From the NCBI GenBank assembly GCA_964460115.1, contig CAYWPR010000001.1, positions 120,829-184,828 on the forward strand: DNA of 64,000 nt, written 5' to 3'. The notes under the pieces were generated by a model. The model was given only the letters and a program-made list of their open reading frames with translations, was not told the DNA's origin and made no database searches. The stretch is from an uncultured Myxococcales bacterium. GTDB lineage: Bacteria > Myxococcota_A > Polyangia > Palsa-1104 > JAEUJZ01. Position 1 is the first letter of the stretch. Each line of letters opens with the position of its first letter. The translations under genes and the position numbers were made by a program. Positions 1 through 9,133 of the stretch are shown in pieces.

Positions 1-1097
1 ACCGGCAGCGTGCAGCCGACCTTGGCGTCAACGTCTCGGAAGTGGCGACGACTTTGCGGGCCCTAGTCGCCGGCGAAGTCGCGGGAAACTTTGAAGACAA
101 AAACGCCCGCACTTATGACATTCGAGTTCGCCTGCCTAACTCGGGTCGAGCGTCTAAAAAAGACATCGCACGGCTTTTTGTGCCCGGCGCGACGCGCCCC
201 GATGGCACCCGCAACTTGGTCGCCGTGGATCAGGTGGCCGACCTTTTGGCCGGCGTCGGCCCGTCCAAAATCAATCGCATCGATCTATCGCGTGAGGTTC
301 GCATCACCGGCGGCATTGAAGGTCGGCCGCTCGGTGACGTCAGCACCGACATCAAACGCGGCGTCGACAAACTTGAGATGCCCGCCGGCTACAGCGTGGA
401 CATGGGCGGTCAAACCAAGGATCTGAAAGAAACGGTTGGCTACGTTCTAGAGACGCTGCTTTTGGCCATCGTTTTCATCTACTTGGTGCTGGCCTCGCAG
501 TTTGAAAGTTTTCTGCAGCCCTTGGCCATCATGCTGTCGCTGCCGCTGTCGATGATCGGCGTCTTTTTGGCGATGCTCGCGACGCGCGGCAATATGAACA
601 TCATGAGCATGATCGGCGTCATCATGCTTATGGGCCTTGTGACCAAAAACGCCATCTTGCTCATCGACAACGCCAACCAGCGCCGGGCCGAAGGGATGAG
701 CCGCGCCGACGCGCTGATTACCGCCGGCGAAATTCGTCTGCGACCCATCGTCATGACCACTTTGGCCATGGTCTTTGGCATGTTGCCGCTCGGCATGGCC
801 CTGGGCGAGGGATCGGAATTTCGCTCGCCCATGGCCCGCGCGGTCATCGGAGGACTCATCAGCTCGACGCTTTTGACCCTGGTCGTGGTGCCGGTGGTAT
901 ACACCTACCTCGACGGGCTGGGGCACTTCATCGTGCGAGTCATCGGGGGCAGCAAACCGGAGAATCATGCGGCTGAAAATGCTGCGCCCGCAGCTTCTGA
1001 AGCCTCGGCGCCAACGCCTGCACTGACTGCGGCGCACCACTCTGGAGCCCAGGTCCCGTCTCTAGTCCCGCCGAGCTCAGAGCTCAATTCGCCGTAA
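1..1097 (+). CDS. RND (HAE1/AcrB-CzcA family) efflux transporter permease, C-terminal fragment; 5' end lies outside the window
   Basis: The translation has the typical AcrB C-terminal TM bundle (LLAIVFIYLVLASQFESFLQPLAIMLSLPLS...LMGLVTKNAILLIDNANQRR...IVMTTLAMVFGMLPL). The ORF runs open from the window edge in the frame of ORF 42..1097. Confidence 0.9.
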   Translation, partial: RQRAADLGVNVSEVATTLRALVAGEVAGNFEDKNARTYDIRVRLPNSGRASKKDIARLFVPGATRPDGTRNLVAVDQVADLLAGVGPSKINRIDLSREVRITGGIEGRPLGDVSTDIKRGVDKLEMPAGYSVDMGGQTKDLKETVGYVLETLLLAIVFIYLVLASQFESFLQPLAIMLSLPLSMIGVFLAMLATRGNMNIMSMIGVIMLMGLVTKNAILLIDNANQRRAEGMSRADALITAGEIRLRPIVMTTLAMVFGMLPLGMALGEGSEFRSPMARAVIGGLISSTLLTLVVVPVVYTYLDGLGHFIVRVIGGSKPENHAAENAAPAASEASAPTPALTAAHHSGAQVPSLVPPSSELNSP

Positions 1098-1782
1098 TCT
1101 GCATCTTGAAGCGGCCCGGCCCGGCTTTGGCACGAATCAGCAACTGATAATTGCCGGGCTGCGGCCGCACCAAATCAAACTGCAACGCATGCGGCGAATC
1201 TTTGCCCGATTGAAAGCTGAGCCCGGGCGAAAGCTCATAGTTAAAGGTGTCGCGCCCAATCATCGGGTGTGCCCCTTCATCGACCTGCAAAAATAGCAGG
1301 GTGAAGTTTGTCACTCCGCTGGCCAGCGTGAAATACCCATCGATATCGCCGTTTGGCTGTAGCAAAAAAGTGCCAAAGCCCATCGATATCGTGTTGTAGG
1401 CGATTTGCGAAATATCCGCCGTCGTAATTTTCAAATGGTCCACATCACCGCTGGAATCGTAGGCGGTCAAAACCACCTGACCATCTAAATGCGCCAGCAG
1501 TCTGTATAAGCCGTTGCCCGCATCCTGCACTTCCAGCACGTCCGGCTGATCGCTGCGCACAAGCAAGGGCACATTGTTGCTCGAGCGGCTGGCGCGAACA
1601 TCGACAAGGCCATCTACCGCGAAAAGCCGCTTTAGATCACAGCCGCCTATATCCGAAAGCGCGCCCCCGCAATTGCTGACGTTAAATACCGCTTTGCCCA
1701 AATCTCCGGTATTCGCCGAGCTGCCGCAACCGCCTGACACGGCAGCCACTACCGCCAAAATTGCCAGCCCCCACCGTCGCAA
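1084..1782 (-). CDS. hypothetical lipoprotein with a TTG start; the long ORF 1084..2013 is trimmed because its 5' part overlaps a tRNA gene
   Basis: Lipoprotein signal peptide MRRWGLAILAVVAAVSGGCGSS sits directly after an in-frame TTG. The upstream 230 nt of the ORF are occupied by tRNA-Thr. No recognisable domain. Confidence 0.45.
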   Translation of the reverse strand: MRRWGLAILAVVAAVSGGCGSSANTGDLGKAVFNVSNCGGALSDIGGCDLKRLFAVDGLVDVRASRSSNNVPLLVRSDQPDVLEVQDAGNGLYRLLAHLDGQVVLTAYDSSGDVDHLKITTADISQIAYNTISMGFGTFLLQPNGDIDGYFTLASGVTNFTLLFLQVDEGAHPMIGRDTFNYELSPGLSFQSGKDSPHALQFDLVRPQPGNYQLLIRAKAGPGRFKMQITAN

Positions 1783-1796
1783 ACTGCAAAAACTTG

Positions 1797-1868
1797 AGCC
1801 ACTGCTGGGACTTGAACCCAGGACCTGCGGTTTACGAAACCGCTGCTCTACCGCTGAGCTACAGTGGC
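1797..1868 (-). tRNA. tRNA-Thr (anticodon CGT)
   Basis: The reverse complement reads GCCACTGTAGCTCAGCGGTAGAGCAGCGGTTTCGTAAACCGCAGGTCCTGGGTTCAAGTCCCAGCAGTGGCT. It has a 7-bp acceptor stem, a D-loop AGCTCAGCGGTAGAGC, anticodon loop TTCGTAA and T-loop GGTTCAAGTCC. Confidence 0.9.
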
Positions 1869-1924
1869 AAAACATGCGGCAGTCTAGTCGGTCTGCCCGG
1901 GTAAGAGCAAGCCCCAAAACAGCA

Positions 1925-2818
1925 TTAGAGAAGGGGCGCAAGGCCGACGAGTTGCCAGATTTCGGCGGCGCTGTGACCGGCTTTTCGCAAGGAGGATAAA
2001 GTCGGCGCGCCATGCCGCTTGGCCAGACGAACGCCGTCCGGCGTGGTTAGCAAACGATGATGTGCATATTCGGGCGTGCCATATCCAAACACGGCCTGAA
2101 GCAGACGATGGATGTGCGTGGCGTAAAAAAGATCTTCGCCGCGCGTCACCAGGTTGACTCCTTGCAGGTGGTCATCGACCGTGACCGCCAAATGATAACT
2201 GGTGCGCACTTCTTTGCGGCCAAGGACCACATCGCCCAGCAGAAGCGGTTGCAAGAAGACTTGGCCATGACCGTGATCGAAAAAGCTCAGCGGTCCGCGG
2301 TTTGGCGCAACTCGCTCTACATAATTCAAAGCCTGCTGTACATCCAAACGCAGCGCATACCCATGACCGGCGGCTATGCGCTCGGCGCGCTCGGCGGCAC
2401 TGCGCCGTCTACAAGTCCCTGGATAAATCGCCCCCAGCTCGGCAGGAAGGCCGCCCAAAGGCAGATCGTGCGGGGCGCCTTGCGCAGCGGCCACCTCGGC
2501 CGCGATTTCCGCGCGTGTACAAAAGCAGGGATAAAGCAGCCCCAGCGCCGAAAGTTTTTCTAGGTGCGCCGCGTAAACATCCAAGTGTTCGCTTTGCCAG
2601 CGCACCTCACCGTCCCATTGCAGCCCCAAAAAGCGCAGATCGTCAAACAGGGCCAGCGCAAATTCGCGCCGGCAACGGGTTTGGTCGATGTCTTCCAGGC
2701 GCAAAAGAAAGCGGCCCCCGGCCTTTCGCGCCGCCTCAAATCCGCACCGCGCCGAGTAGGCGTGGCCCAGATGCAAAAGGCCCGTTGGGGAAGGAGCGAA
2801 ACGTGTGACGACCGTCAC
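1925..2818 (-). CDS. gluQ: glutamyl-Q tRNA(Asp) synthetase (truncated GluRS paralog)
   Basis: HIGH motif FAPSPTGLLHLGHA; about 300 aa with class I GluRS catalytic core only and no anticodon-binding domain. Confidence 0.85.
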   Translation of the reverse strand: MTVVTRFAPSPTGLLHLGHAYSARCGFEAARKAGGRFLLRLEDIDQTRCRREFALALFDDLRFLGLQWDGEVRWQSEHLDVYAAHLEKLSALGLLYPCFCTRAEIAAEVAAAQGAPHDLPLGGLPAELGAIYPGTCRRRSAAERAERIAAGHGYALRLDVQQALNYVERVAPNRGPLSFFDHGHGQVFLQPLLLGDVVLGRKEVRTSYHLAVTVDDHLQGVNLVTRGEDLFYATHIHRLLQAVFGYGTPEYAHHRLLTTPDGVRLAKRHGAPTLSSLRKAGHSAAEIWQLVGLAPLL

Positions 2819-2836
2819 GCTTGTTGGCTCAGGAAT

Positions 2837-4135
2837 TTAGACGGCTTTGCTTGCGCGCTCTTCGCTTGGGTCGGTAGAGCGTTCATCGCCGGCCTTGGGC
2901 TTCAGACGATCGCGGCCGCTAACCCGGCGTACCACCGCACCGACCAGTGTTCCGCCGATTCCGCCGGTCACAAGCGACAGAAATAGCGAATCCAGCGCCG
3001 GCGCGACCAGCCGGTTGGCGGTGGCGTTTTCCGAGAAGTGCCAAGCAAACACAAGCGTCGCCGCCGAGGCCATAATGAGGTGCGTCTTATTCTTGGCATC
3101 GCCGATTTTCGCCTCGACGAAAATCATCGCCAACACGACGAGGATGCCAGTTACAAGAAACCACAGCGGATTTAAGCTTTGAGGATGGACGGCCACGTGC
3201 AGACCGCTTTGCAAGAGCTCATCGACCCCTTCGGTGCTCACCGATAATTCGTGGCCGCGCAGGTTGTTTGGCAGGCGGTGTTCGATTTGGCTGTTTTGCT
3301 GTGTCCAGTGCGTGCTGCCGCGCCGAGTGCGCATTTGGTTCGTCTTGACGCTGAACTCTCCGACTAGCTCATGGCTTTGTCCGCCATCGGCAGCGATCGT
3401 CAGCGCATAATCGACTTTGCGATCGCCGCCTGCTTCGGGGCGCAGGCTGCCGCTGACTGTGACATCGAACGGACCGGCGGCATTTTCACCGATCGGCATC
3501 TTCAGCGACTTGCTTTGCTCGGTCAAAACCGCCTCTGCCAAAACCTTGCGCGGCACCGCTTTGCGCAGCGTTGGATATCCCACCGATGCAGCCCAGACGA
3601 TGGCCAGCGCCGCAAACAGCGTACGGCCGTTTTTGCTCTCAATTAAATCGTAGGCAGAGCCAACCGTGCTGTAGATGGCAAACGCCAGAAGCCCGCCCGC
3701 CAAAACCAAGCCGACCATCCCCTCGCGCAAATAGTCCATCTTGTAGCCAATGACGCCGACGCCAAGGACGACAATGAAAGTGACTTGGCTAAGCCAGCTT
3801 TCCCAGTGCTCATCCATAAACCGCCTATAGGCAGATGGAGGCGGGCCTTTTTTGTCGTTTGTCTCAGAGGATGCGCGCGCTGGCGTACGGCTGCTTTTGC
3901 CGCCATCGCGCGTCGTATGTCGCCGGGTGGGCTTATAGCCATCGGCTTCGCCCTCTGCGCCATTGTTTCGGGTGGAAGTTTCGCCGCCGCCGCGGTCTAG
4001 TTCATCGTTATCTGCTGGTGCCACGAAAAGCCTCTCTTGCACAAAAGTCGCCGGGAAAATATCGTGCTCTCCCGCCCCATGCAAGAATAGCTGTGGCTGA
4101 GGCGCAATCGGGGCAATAAACAAGCGGCTGGCCAC
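2837..4135 (-). CDS. hypothetical integral membrane protein; N-terminal ~100 aa are low-complexity, alternative start near 3814
   Basis: Several predicted TM helices (FIVVLGVGVIGY, LVLAGGLLAFAIY, LWFLVTGILVVLAMIF). No recognisable family. The stop lies 19 nt upstream of the gluQ start, implying an operon. Confidence 0.5.
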   Translation of the reverse strand: MASRLFIAPIAPQPQLFLHGAGEHDIFPATFVQERLFVAPADNDELDRGGGETSTRNNGAEGEADGYKPTRRHTTRDGGKSSRTPARASSETNDKKGPPPSAYRRFMDEHWESWLSQVTFIVVLGVGVIGYKMDYLREGMVGLVLAGGLLAFAIYSTVGSAYDLIESKNGRTLFAALAIVWAASVGYPTLRKAVPRKVLAEAVLTEQSKSLKMPIGENAAGPFDVTVSGSLRPEAGGDRKVDYALTIAADGGQSHELVGEFSVKTNQMRTRRGSTHWTQQNSQIEHRLPNNLRGHELSVSTEGVDELLQSGLHVAVHPQSLNPLWFLVTGILVVLAMIFVEAKIGDAKNKTHLIMASAATLVFAWHFSENATANRLVAPALDSLFLSLVTGGIGGTLVGAVVRRVSGRDRLKPKAGDERSTDPSEERASKAV

Positions 4136-4158
4136 TTACCCTTTAGACTAGGTTAACG

Positions 4159-5301
4159 ATGAAGTCAGCGTCTTTTCGCCGTTTCATAGGGCGGCTTTTA
4201 CCCATTGCCGTCGCGATTGCCGCACTTTTATATGCCATCCATCGCACCGATCTGGACAAAACCTGGCAGCATTTGCGGCAGGCCTCGCTAGGCTGGCTGC
4301 TTTTGGTCTCGGCCGGCATGACGCTTTTGAACTGCGCCGCCGACACCTTCGCCATGTACCATGTCTTTGCCGGATTCGGACTGCGGCTGCGCTTTTTTGA
4401 CCTGTACACCATCCGCGCCGCGACCTACACGCTGGCGGTCATCCACTATCACGCCGGGCAGCTTGGCATCATCGGCTTTCTTTACCGAGTTGCGCGCGTG
4501 CCCTTGTCGCGGGCCAGCGCCTATATTCTTTTTATTATCGGCATCTGGGTGGCCCTGCTTGTGATCTTTGCCACCGGAGGCGCGCTGCTTGGCGGCCCCA
4601 AAGGACGAGCGGTGTTGCCTTGGCTGACGCCGTTTGCGCTGGGGCTTGTCGTATATGCCTTGGTTTTGCGCTTTCCGCCGCGCTTTTTGCGCGTGCCGCC
4701 CGTTGCGATTGCCGGCAGTGCGAAAGATTCGCTTTTGACCAATCTATGGCAGCGCGTGATTCGGCTGATCAGCAACTTGTGGGAGCCGCTGCACACCGCC
4801 GGCCTGTCCGGGCATTTGCGGGCGCTCCTCGTTCGGCTGCCGCACCTGGCAGTCCTTTTGATTTGGCATTTTATCGCCCTGCGCTGCTTTCATATCAAGG
4901 TGCCCTTTTACCTGGCCATGCTGTATCTGCCGGTAGTATTTGCCGTCGGAGCGCTGCCGATCAGCATTTTTGGCCTGGGCACCACCCAGATGGTGGCGCC
5001 TTACTATTTCGCGGATTTTGCCGGCTCGGGCCCTAGCGGCAACGCGGCAGCTTTTGCCTACAGCTTGTCGATGACCGCGATTTCCACGGTCAGTAACCTT
5101 GTCATGGGATTTTTGTTTCTACGCCGCGGCGCGCGGCTTGGTCTAAGCACCACGCCCGAACAAACGGCCAAGATGGAAGCTCAGCTTACAGCCGAAGCGC
5201 AGGCGGCTTCTGCTCCGCCGACGATTTCCGCCGAGGAAAACAGCGCATCCTTAGGTTCGGTGCTATACCCGAATTCGGAGGATCGGCTTATCCTTCACTG
5301 A
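4159..5301 (+). CDS. flippase-like / lysylphosphatidylglycerol-synthase-TM-region (UPF0104) family membrane protein
   Basis: Eight or so TM helices. The N-terminal pattern RLLPIAVAIAALLYAIHRTDLDKTWQHLRQASLGWLLLVSAGMTLLNCAADTFAMYHVF is typical of PF03706-like proteins. Confidence 0.5.
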   Translation: MKSASFRRFIGRLLPIAVAIAALLYAIHRTDLDKTWQHLRQASLGWLLLVSAGMTLLNCAADTFAMYHVFAGFGLRLRFFDLYTIRAATYTLAVIHYHAGQLGIIGFLYRVARVPLSRASAYILFIIGIWVALLVIFATGGALLGGPKGRAVLPWLTPFALGLVVYALVLRFPPRFLRVPPVAIAGSAKDSLLTNLWQRVIRLISNLWEPLHTAGLSGHLRALLVRLPHLAVLLIWHFIALRCFHIKVPFYLAMLYLPVVFAVGALPISIFGLGTTQMVAPYYFADFAGSGPSGNAAAFAYSLSMTAISTVSNLVMGFLFLRRGARLGLSTTPEQTAKMEAQLTAEAQAASAPPTISAEENSASLGSVLYPNSEDRLILH

Positions 5302-5308
5302 AACGCGT

Positions 5309-6271
5309 ATGCTTCCTGCGCTAACACTTCTAGCGTTGTGCTCGCTTCCCAAGCTGCTTTTGTACCCTGACGGCCCCGTGGAAAACGGCGGCGGAACGGT
5401 CAATCGCGCGCCTCCTCCGGTGGTTTTGGTCAAAAGCGCCGGAGTGCGCGCGGTGCAAGAAGTCGCCGACGCCTTCAGCGATGGCTGCCGAGTTCACGTG
5501 CAGCAGATTTATATAGGCGAAGGACCGACCGAGATTGCGCGCGCGCGTGAGATCGTCCAGTCCGCGCGCGTGCTTGTCGCGGTGGGCCAGCCGGCCATCG
5601 AACTGATGATTGGCGTGCGCGCGCACATCGTCTATGCGCTGGCCCCCGATCCGCCCCCAGGCCTGATTGGCACCAACAACAGCGCCCCGCCTTTACAGGT
5701 CTTTAAGGCGCTTTTGTCTCTGCGTCCGCACACGCGACGAATTGCCGCCATTTCTAGCGAACGGGGCGCGCATCGGCTGGTCCAAGCGCGGGCCGCGGCG
5801 CGCAGCTTGGGCCTGGAGCTTGTCGATCTGCCGGCCGACGACAGCCGTGCCGCAATTCGCGCGCTGCGCGCACTTTTTGTACCGATGCCCGATGAGCCCG
5901 CTGGAAAGACCGCTGGCTCTCCAGTCGACGCGCTGTGGCTGGGCGCCGATCCGCAGCTTGTCGATACGCAAGTGTTGCAATTTGTTCTGCAGATGCAGAT
6001 TCAGTGGCAAGTGCCGGTGGTGGCAGCCACCCGCCAACAAGTCAGCTTCGGAGCGCTTCTAACCGTCGATTGGCCGCTAGAAGCCGTCGGACGCAACCTG
6101 GCTTGGCAAGTCAATCAGCTACTTGATGATCCCGAACACATTGCAGATTTGGCCCGCGATCATCCCATGGGTACGCCCGAGACCGTCATCAACGCCCAGG
6201 CGGCCCGGCGTTTGGGCATTTCGGTCGAGGCGCTGCGCCCGCTTCCCCCCTGGAAGGTGATCGAGCGATGA
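5309..6271 (+). CDS. periplasmic ABC_sub_bind-like (PF04392-type) solute-binding protein associated with a sensor kinase
   Basis: Signal peptide present. Periplasmic-binding-protein-like fold with no ABC permease or ATPase genes nearby. A 4-nt ATGA overlap with the downstream histidine kinase suggests translational coupling. Confidence 0.5.
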   Translation: MLPALTLLALCSLPKLLLYPDGPVENGGGTVNRAPPPVVLVKSAGVRAVQEVADAFSDGCRVHVQQIYIGEGPTEIARAREIVQSARVLVAVGQPAIELMIGVRAHIVYALAPDPPPGLIGTNNSAPPLQVFKALLSLRPHTRRIAAISSERGAHRLVQARAAARSLGLELVDLPADDSRAAIRALRALFVPMPDEPAGKTAGSPVDALWLGADPQLVDTQVLQFVLQMQIQWQVPVVAATRQQVSFGALLTVDWPLEAVGRNLAWQVNQLLDDPEHIADLARDHPMGTPETVINAQAARRLGISVEALRPLPPWKVIER

Positions 6272-9114
6272 ACCCGGCCGACCCGGCAGCAGAATCTGCA
6301 GGTGCCGCGTCTACATCTTCGCCAATCTCTCAAGAAGAACCGACCACGCCCGCGGCCTCAGCGCTTTCTGACAGCACACCGATCGATCCCGTAGCGCCCT
6401 GCGAAATCCCGGTCCCCGAAGAAAGCACCTTAAAACTCGCAACCATTTCGCGAGCAGAGGCAAATGCCGCCGCGTCCCTGAGCACGGCGGCCGCCGAACT
6501 GGCCACAGCCGCCACGACCCAGCCAAGGACCACGCCCGGCCTAGAAGGCGACAACTTATCGATACGCGAGACCCTGCCGCTGGCCCATCCGCAAAGCGTG
6601 GTCGTCAAACCGGCCGACACTTCTGATCTGAGCAAAGCCGAGGAAACGACCGAGATCCTCGGGCTTGAGCAAAGCGGCGAAATCAGCGGTTGGGGCAATC
6701 TGCTGATGCGGCAGCGCTCCAGTTTCTTTCGGCAGGTATTTTTGTGGCTTTTGGCCATCTCGCTGCTGATGTCGGTGGGCTCGGGCGCTATCTATTACAG
6801 TCGGCAGCTTGCCTTCATTGAAGAAGACGGGCAGCAGCGGGCCGAGCTTTTGCTGGGTTATCTGGCGACGCAATCGCAGCTTGGTGCCTTTGCCGGTGAC
6901 AAAGTACTGCTGGAACATCCGGTGCGCCGGGTGATCGATCAAAAAGATGTCGTCTTTGTGGCCGTCTACGATCTTTCCGGAAAGGAACTTATCAAGTCGA
7001 GCGGCCGGATCGGTCAAGCGCCGCCGGATCCGCCGGCTGGCTTGCTTGGTGAAATGCTTCGCGCCACGCGACGGGATCCGCAGATCAAACAGAAGAACAA
7101 AAACGATATCTTTTTTCAAAACGTCGCCGCCAATCACAACCACGCGCTTATCAACGAAGAATGGAACTGTCTGGATTTGTATGCGCCCATCGTCATCAGC
7201 GAACGCGGCGGACCGGGCGTGGCGGCATTCGTTTCGCCAAGCGATCGACTGACCCATGAACGCGTCGTAGGTGTGGCGCGCGTCGGCCTGTCGCTGGAAA
7301 CCGCCAATGAGCGGCTGCGCGACGTATTGCGCTGGGGGGTGGGCCTGGGGCTGCTTTTGCTGGCCATGGGGGCAACCGCCGCCTACTTTATCGCCGGCCG
7401 CATCAGCGTCCCGATTTTGGAACTTGTGCGCGGCGCCGACGAAATTCGCAACGGCAATTTGCATCCACGCATCAATGTCTCGCGCACCGACGAACTGGGC
7501 ATGCTTGCCGAATCCTTTCTGCGCATGGCCGAGCGCCTGCGTGAAACCATGTCGGCGCTGTCGCGTCTGAACCGCGATCTGGAAAGCGAAGTCAAACGGC
7601 GCACGCGGCAAATTCGCCTGGCCTACGCGTTTACCTCTGTTTTGAATTCGCCCATCGATCGCAGCGACGAAGCCATGGATGCTGCTGATTTGACGGTGAT
7701 GCTCGATCAGGCCTTGGCGGCGCTCGTCGAGGCCACCGGCACCAAAGGCGGCGGCGTCTTTTTGGCCGATGAAAGTATCAGCGACGGCGAGCTTTTGGTC
7801 CGCGCCGCTTATGGCGTCTCGACGCATACCTTGGGTCCAACGCCGCCCCTCAAAGACTTTTTAGAGCAGTGCGTCAATAACGCCGATGGCATGGTGCCGA
7901 CGCTGCATGAAGCCGTACAGGTCGTCGGCCGGCGCCTTTTGGTGCCTTTGGTCTTTCGCAACCATCCTCTAGGCCTTTTGGTGCTGGTGCTTTGCGAGGA
8001 TGAGCCGCCCGAGCAAACGCTTCTAGAGTTCGTACGCCAGGCCGCAGCGCAGATGGCCATCGCGGTCAGCAATGCTCGCGCTTACGCCCGTCTGTCGCAA
8101 CTGGCCACGGAGCTGCGTCTGCGTACCGAAACCTTGGCGGCCCAGCGCGATCAGGTCAAAGCCCAGCGCGATCAGCTTGAAACGCAGCGCAATCAGCTTG
8201 AAGAGCAGCGCAATCAATTGGCGGCGCAGGGCATGCAATTGCGCATTCAGCGCAATCAGCTTCGCGAAGTGAATCGTCTGAAGTCGGAATTTTTGGCCAA
8301 TGTCTCACACGAGCTGCGCACGCCGCTAAACGCCATCATGGGCTACTCCGAGCTTATCGATGACGAGATCTACGGTCCCATTTCGGTCGATGCGCACGAG
8401 GCGGTCACCGGCGTCCTGGCTTCCTCGGCCAATCTGCTGCGCCTTATCAATCAGATTCTGGATCTGTCGCGAATCGAGGCCGGCAAGATGGAATTCTTCT
8501 TTGAAGAGATCGACATCTCGACGGTCTGTAGCGCGGTCATTCGCGAAGCCGAGGCGATGGGTCGCGACCGGCCCTATCGCGTAGAACTTACAAGCCCGCC
8601 GGGGCTGCGCATCGTCACCGATGCCGTGAAACTGCAGCAAATTCTGACCAACCTCATCGCCAACGCCATCAAGTTCACGGCCCAGGGATCGGTCTATGTC
8701 GAGGCCAAAGAACTTCTAGGCGGCGATGTGCAGATTTCGGTACACGACACCGGAATCGGTATTAAAAGCGAGAACTTGCAGCTTATTTTCGAGGAATTTC
8801 GCCAAGTGGACGGCAGCTCGACGCGGCGATTTGGCGGGACGGGCCTGGGATTGGCCATCGCCCGCCGCCTGGCCGAAATGCTCGGGGCGACGATCTCTGT
8901 CGAAAGCACATTTGGCGAGGGCTCGGTCTTTAGTGTGCATTTGCCGCGCATTCCACCGCCGCAGCCGGCTGGCCGCTCGCGACCGCGCGACGCCGACAGC
9001 AACCCATATGTCAGTATGTTCTCGGATCCTGAGATACCGCGCCTTTTGCAAACCAACCTACTTGCCGGACCCGGGCCGAAATTGCCGCCCGATCGGTCGC
9101 AAGACGAAACATAG
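6268..9114 (+). CDS. sensor histidine kinase: N-terminal disordered cytoplasmic region, 2 TM helices with periplasmic sensor, HAMP, GAF, coiled-coil S-helix, HisKA, HATPase_c
   Basis: HAMP motif PILELVRGADEIRNGNLHPRINVSRTDELGMLAESF. H-box FLANVSHELRTPLNAI. G-boxes DTGIGI and GGTGLGLAI. Heptad repeats QRDQ/QRNQ immediately precede the H-box. Confidence 0.9.
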   Translation: MNPADPAAESAGAASTSSPISQEEPTTPAASALSDSTPIDPVAPCEIPVPEESTLKLATISRAEANAAASLSTAAAELATAATTQPRTTPGLEGDNLSIRETLPLAHPQSVVVKPADTSDLSKAEETTEILGLEQSGEISGWGNLLMRQRSSFFRQVFLWLLAISLLMSVGSGAIYYSRQLAFIEEDGQQRAELLLGYLATQSQLGAFAGDKVLLEHPVRRVIDQKDVVFVAVYDLSGKELIKSSGRIGQAPPDPPAGLLGEMLRATRRDPQIKQKNKNDIFFQNVAANHNHALINEEWNCLDLYAPIVISERGGPGVAAFVSPSDRLTHERVVGVARVGLSLETANERLRDVLRWGVGLGLLLLAMGATAAYFIAGRISVPILELVRGADEIRNGNLHPRINVSRTDELGMLAESFLRMAERLRETMSALSRLNRDLESEVKRRTRQIRLAYAFTSVLNSPIDRSDEAMDAADLTVMLDQALAALVEATGTKGGGVFLADESISDGELLVRAAYGVSTHTLGPTPPLKDFLEQCVNNADGMVPTLHEAVQVVGRRLLVPLVFRNHPLGLLVLVLCEDEPPEQTLLEFVRQAAAQMAIAVSNARAYARLSQLATELRLRTETLAAQRDQVKAQRDQLETQRNQLEEQRNQLAAQGMQLRIQRNQLREVNRLKSEFLANVSHELRTPLNAIMGYSELIDDEIYGPISVDAHEAVTGVLASSANLLRLINQILDLSRIEAGKMEFFFEEIDISTVCSAVIREAEAMGRDRPYRVELTSPPGLRIVTDAVKLQQILTNLIANAIKFTAQGSVYVEAKELLGGDVQISVHDTGIGIKSENLQLIFEEFRQVDGSSTRRFGGTGLGLAIARRLAEMLGATISVESTFGEGSVFSVHLPRIPPPQPAGRSRPRDADSNPYVSMFSDPEIPRLLQTNLLAGPGPKLPPDRSQDET
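8140..8265 (+). repeat. six in-frame 21-bp tandem repeats (gcScagcgcRatcagSttgaa-like) encoding heptads AQRDQVK/AQRDQLE/TQRNQLE/EQRNQLA/AQGMQLR/IQRNQLR
   Basis: Direct reading of the sequence. The repeats lie inside the HK CDS, in the coiled-coil linker between GAF and DHp. Confidence 0.85.
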
Positions 9115-9133
9115 GATTTGATCGAGTGCTCAT

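Noticed and set aside
447-1040. Antisense ORFs inside well-supported genes, e.g. 447..1040-, 6556..7827-, 19345..19752-, 26130..26825-, 33584..34126-, 34990..35733-
   Set aside because: These are typical long spurious reading frames of high-GC DNA. The opposite strand carries clearly homologous genes in each case.
1783-2013. 5' extension of ORF 1084..2013
   Set aside because: It spans the tRNA-Thr gene. A lipoprotein signal peptide begins at an in-frame TTG just downstream of the tRNA, so the CDS was trimmed.
8140-8265. Tandem repeats as a possible CRISPR or other non-coding array
   Set aside because: The repeats are in-frame within a histidine kinase and encode coiled-coil heptads. There are no spacers and no cas genes.
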